This document shows positions 1-11,532 of a stretch of DNA of 64,000 nucleotides, piece by piece. Under the pieces are notes generated by a model. It was not told the DNA's origin, made no database searches, and saw only the letters and a list, made by a program, of their open reading frames with translations. The DNA lies in contig ML978121.1 in assembly GCA_010015805.1 (NCBI GenBank), forward strand, positions 1,364,001 through 1,428,000, written 5' to 3'. The translations under genes were made by a program, and so were the position numbers. This stretch comes from Rhizodiscina lignyota. Lineage: Eukaryota. Every line of letters starts with the position of its first letter. The stretch's first letter is position 1.

Positions 1-256
1 ATAATTGCTCTCATGATCTTCGCATTATTAGAAACATCAATGAATCAAGGTATCAAAAAAGCCCATCCGAGTAGCTAAGTGTTTTCGCTAACCTTATGAT
101 TGGGCCCCGCAGCGAACACTTCTCAAACCGCGAACCACTTTGTTTGACAACCCCTCTTTTCACACGTGTATTTCTCTTCTGTCCTGAGAACCTTTATCTG
201 ACTTTCAATTTACTCATACGATCACTAACTCTTTCCATACTGCACGCCTTATCGAA

Positions 257-1282
257 ATGCCACGATCGAAGTCTCGTGCCTCCTCCACCGAAGTGTGGGA
301 TCCGTGGGCGGCGTTCAACGTGTACAACGACGAACGCGATGGTGCTTTCACCTGTACCGGAGAAACCATAAGGGGAAAGAGGTGTCAAAAACCTCTTGGG
401 CCGAATAAAAGGACGGCAGATGATATTCTAAACCGGTTGGCGAGACAGCAACCTTCCACTACCCTGATGAACGATGAACTCGAAGAGCTTGCACACTATT
501 CTTCTTGTGGCCAATATAAAGAGGCCCACTCTCGTACTGCTGCAGCGTACTTCAAACGAATTGTCGCTGATCTCGAGAACGCAAAAAATGGATCAGAACC
601 AGCTTCCGCCAGCGCGGGGGCGTCACATGAGAACATACCGATATCACCTGAGCCAGAAGCTACAGATTCGACGCCTGAGAGTGAATCCACCATTACTGCT
701 CTCCTGCAGACGATAGAAGACCAAGGAACTACTCATAATGCTGAGATGCAAGAGATACGCCAAGAAAGAGATGTGTTGCAAGAACAGGTATCAAGGCTTC
801 TTCAAGAGAGAAATGCTGCCGAAGAATTAGCAAGAGCGCATCGAGCTGAAACGGAGAGCCTCCTTAGACAATGTTCCGAGCTCCAAACATTATTCAGCTC
901 CTTGTCATTGAACTCGGAACCGAACAGCGAGGACTGCTCAGAGCAACACACTGCGCGCCGCCCGGTCGACAACGATTGTAGTATCTGTTATGAGAGCATG
1001 ATGAATAGCCCTGCAGAGAAGCTCGTATGGTGCAAGAAGGAGTGTGGGAAGAGCGTGCATAAGCTTTGCTTCATCAAGTGGCAGACGGAACAGATCGCTC
1101 CTCAGGGACGTAGTCTGCGCTGCATACATTGGTAAGTCCTTGTCACTTCCACATCAAGAAGGAGATGTTTCCCTCATGTGTTTAGAAAATCAAGGCTAAC
1201 ATCCATTTTCAACAGTCGCGCAGATTGGACCGGACCTTGTTCGCACGACAACATCTTGCCTCGAGACAACCATGGAGCCTGA
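257..1282 (+). CDS. RING-finger protein with N-terminal Cys/His domain (paralog A), ~313 aa; exons 257-1131, 1216-1282
   Basis: C-terminal RING-like CSICYE...WCKKECGKSVHKLCF..W...CIHCR is completed only after splicing the intron GTAAGT(1132)...GCTAAC...AACAG(1215); N-terminal WDP...FTCTGET...RC motif; central coiled-coil-like segment. Confidence 0.8.
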
Positions 1283-1410
1283 AGACCTTGCATTGCATAT
1301 CGGTTCGAACATGATAACATTGATGTTGTTACGAAGAGATGCTCTTTACTCTCATCAGCAAACAACTCCTATTTTAGCTACGAGCGATACGATTTTCATC
1401 CCAAGACACT

Positions 1411-2400
1411 TCAAAGTTTCGCTTGCGTCTTTCCATTATAGTCAATCTCGAACGTGTAGCTCGGATCATAGTGCATAGCCCAATATCCATCCCAAATCGT
1501 AGTGGTAACAGGTCCAATCTTGCCGCCATTCACAGGCTTTCCGTCGAGGGATGTTATTGGCATGATCCCTCCCGCAGTTGTGCACATAAACAGTTCGTCG
1601 GCGTTGTAGGCCAATTCAACAGGTACAACTTCCATTCGGACCTCAATACCGTTTGCCTTTGCGACATCAAAAACGCTCTTGCGCGTGACGCCCTCCAGGA
1701 CGCCGCGATCCGGTGTGAAGATGATTCCATCCTTGACAACGACAATATTGAACCCCGATCCTTCTGTGAGGTTGGCGTCTCCATCTGTCAAGAACGGATA
1801 GTCGGCTCCGCGCTCCGCAGCCTCGAACATGGCGCGCGTCAGGTCACCCCACTGCAAATTCTTCACCGTTGGATCCATGGAACCTGGAGGAGTTCGCCGC
1901 ACCGTTCGAGCGATAACGGCGCTACCGCCTGGTTTTTGCATTTCGGGCGGCATGACCCAGATGTAGCCAGTAACGAACATGTACAAACTGTTAACCATCT
2001 CCCCATGCTTGCCTCTCGCGCCTCGGACGCTCTGCAGGCCACGCGTGACTATTAGCTGCACAAAAACATCGCGGATGCCGCTCTGGGCCACCATATCAAC
2101 TAAGATGCACTTGATATTCTCCTTTGATAGAGGGAGCTTCAGTCGGAGTTTAGCGCAGCTCTTTTCCAGGCGTGCAAGGTGGTCGTCGAGACGGAAGAAG
2201 CGGCCGTCCCAAACGGCAGGCACATCATAAGTCAGATCGCTGCGAAGAAAGCCTTGATCCAGGAGAGGGATTCGCGCCTCGGAGAGTGGCACCAGTGCGC
2301 CTTCCACCCATGCAACGCCTTGCGCGAAAGGGTGAGTGCTCTTTTCGAGAATTGCGAGGCGTGATTGGTAGCCCGAGAAGATTTTGTTCATAGACGTCAT
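1411..2400 (-). CDS. Fold-type IV PLP aminotransferase, (R)-selective amine transaminase family, 329 aa, intronless
   Basis: [42 protein letters not shown], catalytic Lys in [35 protein letters not shown]; closely resembles Aspergillus R-ATAs. Confidence 0.93.
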   Translation of the reverse strand: MTSMNKIFSGYQSRLAILEKSTHPFAQGVAWVEGALVPLSEARIPLLDQGFLRSDLTYDVPAVWDGRFFRLDDHLARLEKSCAKLRLKLPLSKENIKCILVDMVAQSGIRDVFVQLIVTRGLQSVRGARGKHGEMVNSLYMFVTGYIWVMPPEMQKPGGSAVIARTVRRTPPGSMDPTVKNLQWGDLTRAMFEAAERGADYPFLTDGDANLTEGSGFNIVVVKDGIIFTPDRGVLEGVTRKSVFDVAKANGIEVRMEVVPVELAYNADELFMCTTAGGIMPITSLDGKPVNGGKIGPVTTTIWDGYWAMHYDPSYTFEIDYNGKTQAKL

Positions 2401-4179
2401 TTTGGCTTTGATACGAAAATTGACGATTGAATTGATGATTAGGAAAGCGTATTCAATCGTAGAAAGTTTTGTTGACTTTGTATATCACCCCGCGGGTGTA
2501 TTAAGTGTAGTATATTCGACTAGCATCCGATTTGGAGGCGCTATCGTAGTATGACTACGCGACTAGCACAAGACTCGGGCCGCTCCAGTATTAATATTGC
2601 ACGTTTGATGCGAGTTGGAATGAAAAGGAAACTGATTGAGTTGAGGATTGGTTGCATACTGATATATGCAGAGCGCGGCTAGATACCTAACATACGCGCA
2701 GTCCAAAGCTTCGCTTTAGTCATAAAAACACTACGTACCGATTCAAATATTCTCTTAAAGCGGAAGGAGAGCCAAGGCGAAGCTAGAGGAGGGTGGAAAG
2801 GTACAATTGCACGTGATTCCATAGTTTCAGGAACCTTATATAATGACAACCTAGATACGGGATTACAGAAAGCCATCCCTTTGATAGTTGATAAGCCTCG
2901 CCTTTGAAATGCCGTAGAGTACGGAGTAGTGGTTGGTCACATTAAGATGGTTAAATGGCCACTCAATATGACCATATCCTATTGTCTCATGAAACCAATC
3001 ATGAAGCAATATGTAAAAGAAGTCGGTCGAAAGATGTATGGGCTCAAAGAATAAGTTGCCATGCTTAACGTTCACAGGTGTTCGGCGCGAACGAGACTGG
3101 AGACACGTGCAGGTTGGCCTGGCTTACTAAGCATGGGGAGCCGGACTGGAGCTGCAAAAAGGATAATACACCACGAAACAGAAGGAATCTCCCTTTCGTA
3201 CACACACATGAAATGCAGTATACTAATCCATCCAACCAAGCTGGATATCCACAGTTTCTTAACGGCTTTTTCATGATATCTGCGGTGCTTACGACAAATA
3301 CAGCATGCAATCGCTGTCGACCGAAGCGCCGCTTTCCCTTCAGAACCATGCGAAGGTGACAGATACCTACTGGCCTCGACGAGGTCGGCCTAAGCCATAA
3401 GTCCCAGGTTCTCTCTGTCGATTTTATGCGGTGGCTGACGCGAAAGTGGCTGTGTTGTGCTTAAATGACGAGAAGAAAGAATGGTGTGTTCCCATCACCT
3501 ACAGAGGTCTTGCCCTAGACTTCTGCGAGACTTTGAAGCTATTGGCCAAACCTTTCGGAGGAGGAACCCATCTCTATAGTCATCCCGGTTTCAAATTCTG
3601 CACATGCTTCCTAAAAAGGCCGTTCTTCGCGGACGAACTGAGCAAAAGCCTCCTCAATCTCTCTCCCCATATCGACAATTCTGCCCGGACATATCTGGTG
3701 CTCTTTTAACACCCCTTTCTCATAACTCGGGTAACCCGATAAGCTTCAAGTTTGTAGCCAAGTCCGATGGGTTTTGCTCTTCACAATAGGGAGTTGTGGA
3801 CGACTCCTCTAGAATAAGAGGAGTCGAAAGGCACAGCACTCGGCGTTTAGGAGGACCAGGGTCTTCCGTTTCAACGCAAGCCACCCTCCTGCCTCCACCT
3901 CTGTCTTTTTCTCTTGGATTCTTCTCGATCAAGCTATTCAATTCCACCTTCTCTTCTCGTAACACATTCGTGGCGGTGTTGTTATGCGATTTTGGTGTCG
4001 TCACCACTTCTCCCTCACAGCCCCAGCGCCAGAATTGTGAAAGCAACTTCTCTTGCTCGTTAACTGGAGGTATAAAGTAGCTGTGAGTGTCAGTAAGACT
4101 AGCAATCAGACTAGACCCATCTCTTCATCTTTCTTAATCGCCGTATCCTCTCAAACAGTCTATTTCAGACCCGCCACAT

Positions 4180-5138
4180 ATGGCATCCGCACGTTCCACA
4201 GCTTCGACCCATTATTTGTGGGATCCATGGAAGGCACTCAAAATTCTCAACCCGGATCGCAACTATAGCTTTACTTGCATGGGACAGACGCGAGAAAAGA
4301 ACAGATGCAAAAACGTTATCGGAGTAAAGACAGGAGAGGCTGAGGAGACCCTAAGACGTCTGGCCATCCAGGAACCCTCTGTACGGCTTATGAATGACGA
4401 CCTTGAAGAGCTTGCTGAACAATCGTGTTGCGGCAGATGGCGCCATCTTCATGCTCCAGGAGCAGCTGGTCAATTCAAACAAATTGTTGCTGACCTGGAA
4501 CGATCCAGAAGTCGCTCCCAGGCCGCAAATGAGAGCTTCAGCCAACGTTCTGGCCATCCGTCACCCGATTCCGGATCATCACGATCACATACGACTCGTT
4601 CATCGACTACTCGACCAACCAGGCGGGCGTATCCAATGTCGTCTTCCAGCGGAGATATGATGGATGAGACACTCGGAGCGGCCCGAGAAACCTTCCAACG
4701 AATGGTGGATGATGCGGTCAATGCAATACTTGCGGAGCATCAGGAGCGCCTTGAATCTACTGGCACAAGCTCCAATTACAGACGGCCGCGGTGCTCTCGG
4801 AGACATGTTGCACGCAGACTCCTCGATGACAATTGCGGAATCTGTCTTGAGAGTATGGCCGACAACCCGGCACAAGAGCTTGTGTGGTGCAAGAAGCAGT
4901 GTGGGAAGAGTGTGCACAAAGAGTGCTTTGAGACTTGGCAACGTGATCAAGATGGGTCGCAACAAACGCGATGTGTGCATTGGTAAGTGGTCATCGCTTC
5001 CCTCATGTCTAAGGTTTTCCGTCGCATATGTGTTAAAACGAGTGCAAGCTGACGACTATTTCCTGCAGTCGCGCTAAATGGAGCATCTCATGCTCACACG
5101 ATGATATACTGCCCCGAGGCGAAGGATATGCAGCGTGA
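4180..5138 (+). CDS. RING-finger protein with N-terminal Cys/His domain (paralog B), ~290 aa; exons 4180-4982, 5069-5138
   Basis: Same architecture and same phase-2 intron position as 257-1282 (GTAAGT at 4983, CTGAC branch, CAG at 5068); CGICLE...WCKKQCGKSVHKECF..W...CVHCR. Confidence 0.8.
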
Positions 5139-6229
5139 AGACCGTGGGTCATTGTGAGGGTACGACGGCGGCAGCGATCACCTTGGCAAACAGAAGTGCT
5201 TTTCCGCTCGCGTCAGCAGAATAGCGATTTCATCGGACAAGCATGATGCTAGGCCTCGGTGGAATAGGAACATAGCGCGAAGGAGATGGCGAAAAGAGAA
5301 AAATCGCTGTTGTTGTGCTAAATGAAGACTTGCGCGAAATTCATGATGGAGCTAGGTAAGTTTTCATCAAATGTAGATAGATTTGACCCCAGCGACCTCG
5401 CGGTGTGCATTTGAGGCCTCTAGAAACGTGATTCAGTGTATTCTAGTCAACGCTTTCTGAGCTATTTCTGGGTCATTGTTTTCCGTCAAAAGTCCATGCT
5501 GAGGTGGATGCTGCCGTGCGCTCTACATTCATCAACCTACATAGCTTTCTAAAGGTAGACACATCTGATGCGTTTTCGGTGTTTCCGTGGAAATAGAGAT
5601 GTCGGAATTCTTACAAATACTCTAAAAGGCTTCAAGGTTTCTGACATTGGCGCTGCACTCTCGCAACGAGAACTTGTAGCCAAGTCTCGCAGCGTCTATT
5701 TGCAGCTTTGGTGCCGTGAGCTCCTATTCTGACGGTTCATGGTAGTTTTCGTGTGGTAACAAATATTCCTAGCCCCAACCGAGACTTGAGTTTCACCTCA
5801 ACGACATGGTCACGACGTAAGCTAAGGTGAGAACTCAACTTTACTCGTAAATCAGCCCCAGTGGGGGTCGCTTCGGTCACCAAACTTCAATCAATGCTGA
5901 AAGATGCCAAGAAAAATCCTAATCGGCAAATTGCAAACACATAAACATACATACTCTCTTGAAACACTATGTGGGTGTCAGACTAGTCCCAATTAGGATA
6001 GATATCATGGATATTAATAGCATGGTGTTCTTCAAGTTGGATCTCTTCACCTTAGAATGAATATAAAGTCTCTGATGAATCTCTGCATTATGACTTGCTG
6101 TCTCGAAGCTACAACTCAATCCGCAAGCATTTCTTACTTTCAAGGTCTGCGACCATCGGCAACACTTGACGTCCCTTACTATACGGACTCGTTACTGCGT
6201 AGCGAACCGCCCACTACCAAGAATTAATA

Positions 6230-6597
6230 ATGCAACTCTCCTTTGCTCTTGTCACTGCACTCTTTGCATGTGCTGCAGTGGCACGTCCCATGCCCGCGAG
6301 CGGCCTTGCCAGAAGGCAAGATGGTTGTGAGACGAACTCCTCGATGGGCGATGATACTTCAAGTATGGCCGTATCCTTGCGGAGCAATACAATAGAACAA
6401 TTAACTAACGCTGCTTTTTAGCATCCAGCACAGCGTGCAGCACGGGAGATGGCTCAGCGACTGCTAGCAGTACCGCAAGCACTGGCGACGGGCCAGTAAC
6501 TTCCTCGAGTGCGGGATCGACTCTCGGATTCCCTGACGACCCGCCAGCGAACGAGAACCCAAGAATTGTCGGTATATTGCCGGTGGGCTTCCGGTGA
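6230..6597 (+). CDS. Small secreted Ser/Thr/Gly-rich protein, ~102 aa; exons 6230-6362, 6422-6597
   Basis: Signal peptide MQLSFALVTALFACAAVA, Kex2-like RR|Q site; intron GTATGG...ACTAAC...TTTAG restores an open frame to TGA at 6595-6597. Confidence 0.7.
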
Positions 6598-7608
6598 TAT
6601 CTCGTCGTTGATAAATGATCTGCGGTGAAAGATTGTCCTGCATTTCAGTTGACGGCGTCCCGGAACTCCATTGGAAGACATTCATTTGGTGAAGGCTTCG
6701 TAGCCTTCAACTCTGATAATTCATAATTGAATAATTTCTGAAATCTTTCTTATGCGCCTATTAATAAGATTAATAATGATAAAAAGTGTGACAAGCATGC
6801 TGGCTGGGGAGAGTGAGAGACTCAAAATACCATCATTCCACTCCCAGGAGCCTCAGACGACGCGGCCGACGGGGTGCGACAAGGGGCCCAAGATGTACAC
6901 AGCTCTCATCTTGTGCCATCCAATACCAGCAGCAAACAAAATGTGAACGCCGCACTTTACCAGACACCCAAATCGACCACAAGACCGAGGAAGCTATTGA
7001 GCAGCTTAATAGTTCCTTGAGTCCGGGGCTGTAGGAAAGGAATAGTAGAACGCTGCCGATGGAGTCGTCAATAGAATGTTCCAGAGACCACATGCGAACT
7101 CGAGATGTAATTGAACAATGAAGGAGCTAATTCTGAGAAAGGATCAAAACTGATGACTCTGGGAGGAGACCTTAGTGCTGATGGTGCGGCGAGCAAAATG
7201 GTAGAGTGGAATAATGCCGTTTGAAAAGTCGATGAATCCTGAGTCTCGCTGGTATCAGTAGATTCGAGCAGAATCAAACGAAGACAGTCGAGTCTATGAC
7301 GACAGAAGCAAAAACCTGAAGACTTCAGACAGATAATCTCCAAACAATGTCTTCCAACTCAGTCGGGGGAGATCAAATTGTGTCAAGGATGCGGATAAAC
7401 AGCGAGTTCCAAGCGTAACGTGGAGAACTGGGTATAATCGAATATCAAGATCGCGCTATTTGTGAAGACACATAGCTCGGGGAGAATATGTGAAAGTAGT
7501 GGTGCTGTATACGGGGTATATGCCCATCAAGTATATGTAGTACAATGCCTCTGAGACGCCGCCCAATGCTACATGATCCCAATAAACAATGTTATATACA
7601 TCCCAACG

Positions 7609-8224
7609 TTATTGCGGGTCCAGAGGAGCTGCCTTGGTGATGGTAGCAGTACTGTCGGTCGATAAGGAGCCGCTTTCAGCAGCTTTCGCTGCCCAGTATG
7701 CTCGATGTCTCTCGTCGGCCTCGTGCGCTTGCTTTCGTAGTTGGTCCTCTCTGAATGATCGTTCCACTAATCCTAACTATAAGGTTGACCATTAGCGAGA
7801 TTCCCTTTCCATTCTTGCTGACAGAATATATAACATACAATGCTCAACAACTTCCACACAGGCTCGCTTGGTTGTGCACCTACTCCCAACCAGTATTTTG
7901 TGCGTGCTGTATCGAGCCGTATGTCTTTCACAAGCCGCGCCTTCTCGCCTGGTTCGCCGCGTTCGCCGGGTGGAGACTCTTTGGGTATAGGATCGAAGGT
8001 GCCAAGGACTTCCATGGGTTTCTTGTTGCGACCTGATCTGTTGACAAAGACAATCAGCGAGACTGTAGCAGTAGTAAAGCTCAGATGGGAGGTGAGTACG
8101 CTCGCGTTTTGGAGCTCTGATCGGCGAGAGGAGAAGAGACGACTTACTTTGATTGCGCAACGACAATATTGTAAAAGGGATTGTTGCGCTTGCCGAAGCG
8201 TGCGAGACGTATTCGAACGACCAT
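7609..8224 (-). CDS. MRPS16: Mitochondrial ribosomal protein S16 (bS16m), ~147 aa; exons 8224-8148, 8037-7839, 7776-7609
   Basis: Spliced product [45 protein letters not shown]...TKYWLGVGAQPSEPVWKLL. Confidence 0.95.
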
Positions 8225-8636
8225 TTGTGTTGCTTGATATCGATCGGAAGATGGAAGTCAAATTGCTGAATTGACATGGCGTCGCGCTAAATTTCGATAT
8301 GTCAACAGTTGAATTGAGGTCGACCGTAGCATAGTGACCCCTGCACACCTTCCTGACCTCATAAAATGCCTCTCGCGTGACGTAGTTTCGAGCATACTCC
8401 GTACATTACGACCATTGCAATTGCAATGGAAATCAATGAAAATACAAAGCTCTACGAGTTTACGAAGCTTTCCGCCAAGGAGGCCGTTTGCCTTGCCTCG
8501 AAATATTAGAAAGACGCTCTCAAGTCCTAAAATTGTACGAATTTCACCACTCCACTTCCCATTTCGTGCTGGAGTGGCATTAAACTTCGGATTCGAAAGC
8601 ATAAGGAACGTATCATCTCAGGCTCACCACTCGAAA

Positions 8637-9577
8637 ATGGCGCTTCGGGTCTGTATTGCCGTGCCCCTTTATAATTGCACTGTCAAAGTGTTAACAAGCC
8701 ATAGACGCTTTCTGCCGAAAATGCTGCGGCATTGGACAAGGAGCTCATGAGCACTGGGGCATACTCAATCGATCAATTGATGGAACTAGCAGGGTTGTCC
8801 GTATCCCAAGCAGGTGCGGCCGGTTTTGGATAGAAATTGCTAGTAGAATACTGACTATGTTATAGTATATTCCGTCCAGCCTCCAAACAAAGGCAAACGC
8901 GTCCTCGTTGCATGCGGACCTGGTAACAATGGTGCGTTGCTGATTGAATTCATTTGTATCACCCGCAGGGTCAGGATACTGATAATATCATAGGAGGCGA
9001 CGGCTTGGTAGCAGCACGCCATCTCTTCCACTATGGCTATGAGCCTACAGTGTACTACCCTAAACAAAGCAAGAATGAGCTCTATCAGCGCCTTACACAG
9101 CAACTAAAAGACCTCAACGTTCCCTTCACTGACGACTTCCCCTCCGCCATCGCTTCAACCGATCATGTAGTCGATGCGATTTTTGGATTTTCCTTCTCCG
9201 GCGAGGTTCGAGAGCCATTTCCGAAAGTGATCGAGGCACTGCGGGATTCGAAAGTGCCCGTGCTCGCGGTGGATGCTCCATCTTCTTGGAATATCGAGAC
9301 AGGCCCACCGGACGACGGCCCGGGCAAAGGATTCATGCCAGATGCGTTGATTAGTTTGACGGCGCCGAAGCCGTTGGTCAAGTGGTTCAAAGGCAAGCAC
9401 TATGTCGGAGGAAGGTACGCTACCACACATTGCTCTGAAGGTATTTTGGACAACACCGCTTACCATTTTGACAGATTTCTCAGCAATGTAGTGGCAGAGA
9501 AGTACGGGATCGATGTACCGCCTTACCAAGGGATCGATCAGATTGTTGAAGTGCCCGTGAAGGAATCCCAACTGTAA
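8637..9577 (+). CDS. NNR1: NAD(P)H-hydrate epimerase (YjeF N-terminal domain); introns 8649-8704, 8814-8865, 8932-8993, 9415-9474; in-frame upstream ATG at 8436
   Basis: DQLMELAGLSVSQA, CGPGNNGGDGLVAARHL, VVDAIFGFSF, AVDAPS, LISLTAPK motifs. Confidence 0.93.
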
Positions 9578-10389
9578 AGAAAGGTGGACAGGAGCAGAAA
9601 TTGCTACTATAAGCACAGGAAGTATTTAGACATACACTCATAATGCCTGCGATTATTGGGGACGTCCACATATTTAGATAGTTGTTGGAGGACTCCGTGG
9701 CGGATAACAATTCTGACCTCACAGAAGTATTCTTGCCTGTGGGAGGTTCCAAGAGCATCTCGACATTCAGCTTCCACGTGAGTGGCTTTTGCACAAAATT
9801 GAGGGTGGTGGGTGGTTGTTGCAAGATGGCCTTGGCCCGTCTCAGCCTCAGCAGCAAGTGGACATATGCCAAATGTCACCGGCTCCAAGGTGATAGAGGG
9901 TAGATCTCACCGGGAAGACCTGGAGTGCAATCTGAGCAACACGTCCTCAATAGGAGCCTAGATAATAGGGTGCCACTCGGCGCCTTCAAATGAGCATATC
10001 TGCAGTGCCAGAGAAACGGCCAAGTGGTCATCTATCTCGGCATGCCGCCAAAAGGAGATATTCGGCCAGCAGCCGCGTCCCGAGCGGAACTGAACTGCAG
10101 GACGAGCAAGGCAGACATTCGCAACAGGTCATCTACATGGATGGCAAGTTCCTAAGCTGAGTCAAGCCAAGGTCGTAAAAATGCGGCGGCGTGGAAGATG
10201 ATTGGTGCTGCTGAAAAGCCTCATTCGCGTAAAGCTTGTCGCTCAGCTGAGCGACCCGACAGCATGCATTGGCTAGACTCGTAAGTCCAGTCATGACACC
10301 GATGACATATTGGCTTCTGAGAACTTGTAGGGCACCCAAATTAATTCAAACATCAGGGCTCTGGACACCCAAATCAATTTTGTGAATGC

Positions 10390-11532
10390 ATGTTAAATGG
10401 CCTAACGCCTCGAGATATGAGTATGTCCTGGTACTACAAGGAAGGCTGTGTGGAATTAGGACTGTTTCAACTCTTGTGTCCTCGAAAATTTTGGATGAAA
10501 AAGCAAGAACGCGAGATGTCGAATACAACAGCCGAGAAGGGTACAGTTACGAAGACTGCAGCACAACCGGAATGCACCTGGATTAGCCATTGCTTGGGTG
10601 ATCACTGTGGAGACGATAACGACTGCGATCAAGATTGGGAATGTAAGACAGCAGTGTGCGTGCAAGCGTGCACATGGCCAGGCCACTGCCTTGGAAACAA
10701 ATGCCAGAATTTCAATGACTGCGATCAGGATTGGGTCTGCACCAACAACGTCTGCGCCGTTTGCACGGGCTGCGGTGATAATGGCGACGACACCTCGTCA
10801 TCCACAACCCAAGCAACCAGCCTTCCAACAAGTACAAGCCATACCGTTCAATCAGTCTCTTCAGTCACGTCGGCCACATCCACGCCCTCGGCGACAGCAT
10901 CTGGTCACAGTGGCCTCTCGACGTCCGCAGCAATTGGTATTGGTGTTGCAGTACCTCTTTGTATCATTGCTGTTGCTCTCACTGGATTTCTCATATGGCG
11001 GCGACGACGGAAACGGAGAGGAGAGTCGGAGCACACATCACGGTCGTATGGCCACGGCAAGCAGGGATTGGACAGCATGAATCGGTCGGAGATGAAAGAG
11101 GTGCCGGTCGAGTTGGGTGCAGACCATGTTGCTGCCGAGCTCGAGGAGCGAAACGTTGGCAAGCATGCATTCCATGCACCTGCGTTAATGGACGTCGAGC
11201 CAGTGGAAATCGACGGACAGGAACAGCAAAGAACGCACACTTCTGACCTCGTAGATCAAAGGACGCTGTATGGAACGCCTGAGGTAGCAGATCTGCGGCC
11301 GTTTCATTCCATGGGAAGATCAGAGCAGAACATGCTTCAAACACTCGGTTCTGGGGTGTCCTCTCCATCGTGGCACTCGCACTCTCCAGGCCCGCCGACC
11401 GGCTACGACATTTCTTCCGCATCAGAAACTGATTTATCGCGAGTCCATAGGTCGGACGGTCTCAAGATGGAATCGGAAGGAGGAAGGAGGAAAAAGCTGC
11501 AACGCAAGCGAGGCTTCGACGAGAATTTCTGA
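10390..11532 (+). CDS. Single-pass membrane protein with two Cys-rich repeats, Ser/Thr stalk, TM helix and cytoplasmic tail (start uncertain; alternative ATG at 10516)
   Basis: 2x CTWxxHCLGxxCxxxNDCDQDWxCxxxVC; S/T-rich tract; AAIGIGVAVPLCIIAVALTGFLIW followed by RRRRKRR. Confidence 0.75.
   Translation: MLNGLTPRDMSMSWYYKEGCVELGLFQLLCPRKFWMKKQEREMSNTTAEKGTVTKTAAQPECTWISHCLGDHCGDDNDCDQDWECKTAVCVQACTWPGHCLGNKCQNFNDCDQDWVCTNNVCAVCTGCGDNGDDTSSSTTQATSLPTSTSHTVQSVSSVTSATSTPSATASGHSGLSTSAAIGIGVAVPLCIIAVALTGFLIWRRRRKRRGESEHTSRSYGHGKQGLDSMNRSEMKEVPVELGADHVAAELEERNVGKHAFHAPALMDVEPVEIDGQEQQRTHTSDLVDQRTLYGTPEVADLRPFHSMGRSEQNMLQTLGSGVSSPSWHSHSPGPPTGYDISSASETDLSRVHRSDGLKMESEGGRRKKLQRKRGFDENF
10573..10755 (+). 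repeat. Tandem 96-nt (32-aa) six-cysteine coding repeat, 2 copies
   Basis: Units start at 10573 (TGCACCTGG) and 10669 (TGCACATGG) and share GACTGCGATCARGATTGGG. Confidence 0.85.

Noticed and set aside
2450..4150. Short ORFs between the transaminase and the second RING gene
   Set aside because: Some minus-strand stretches look protein-like, but no motif, consistent frame or splice pattern could be established
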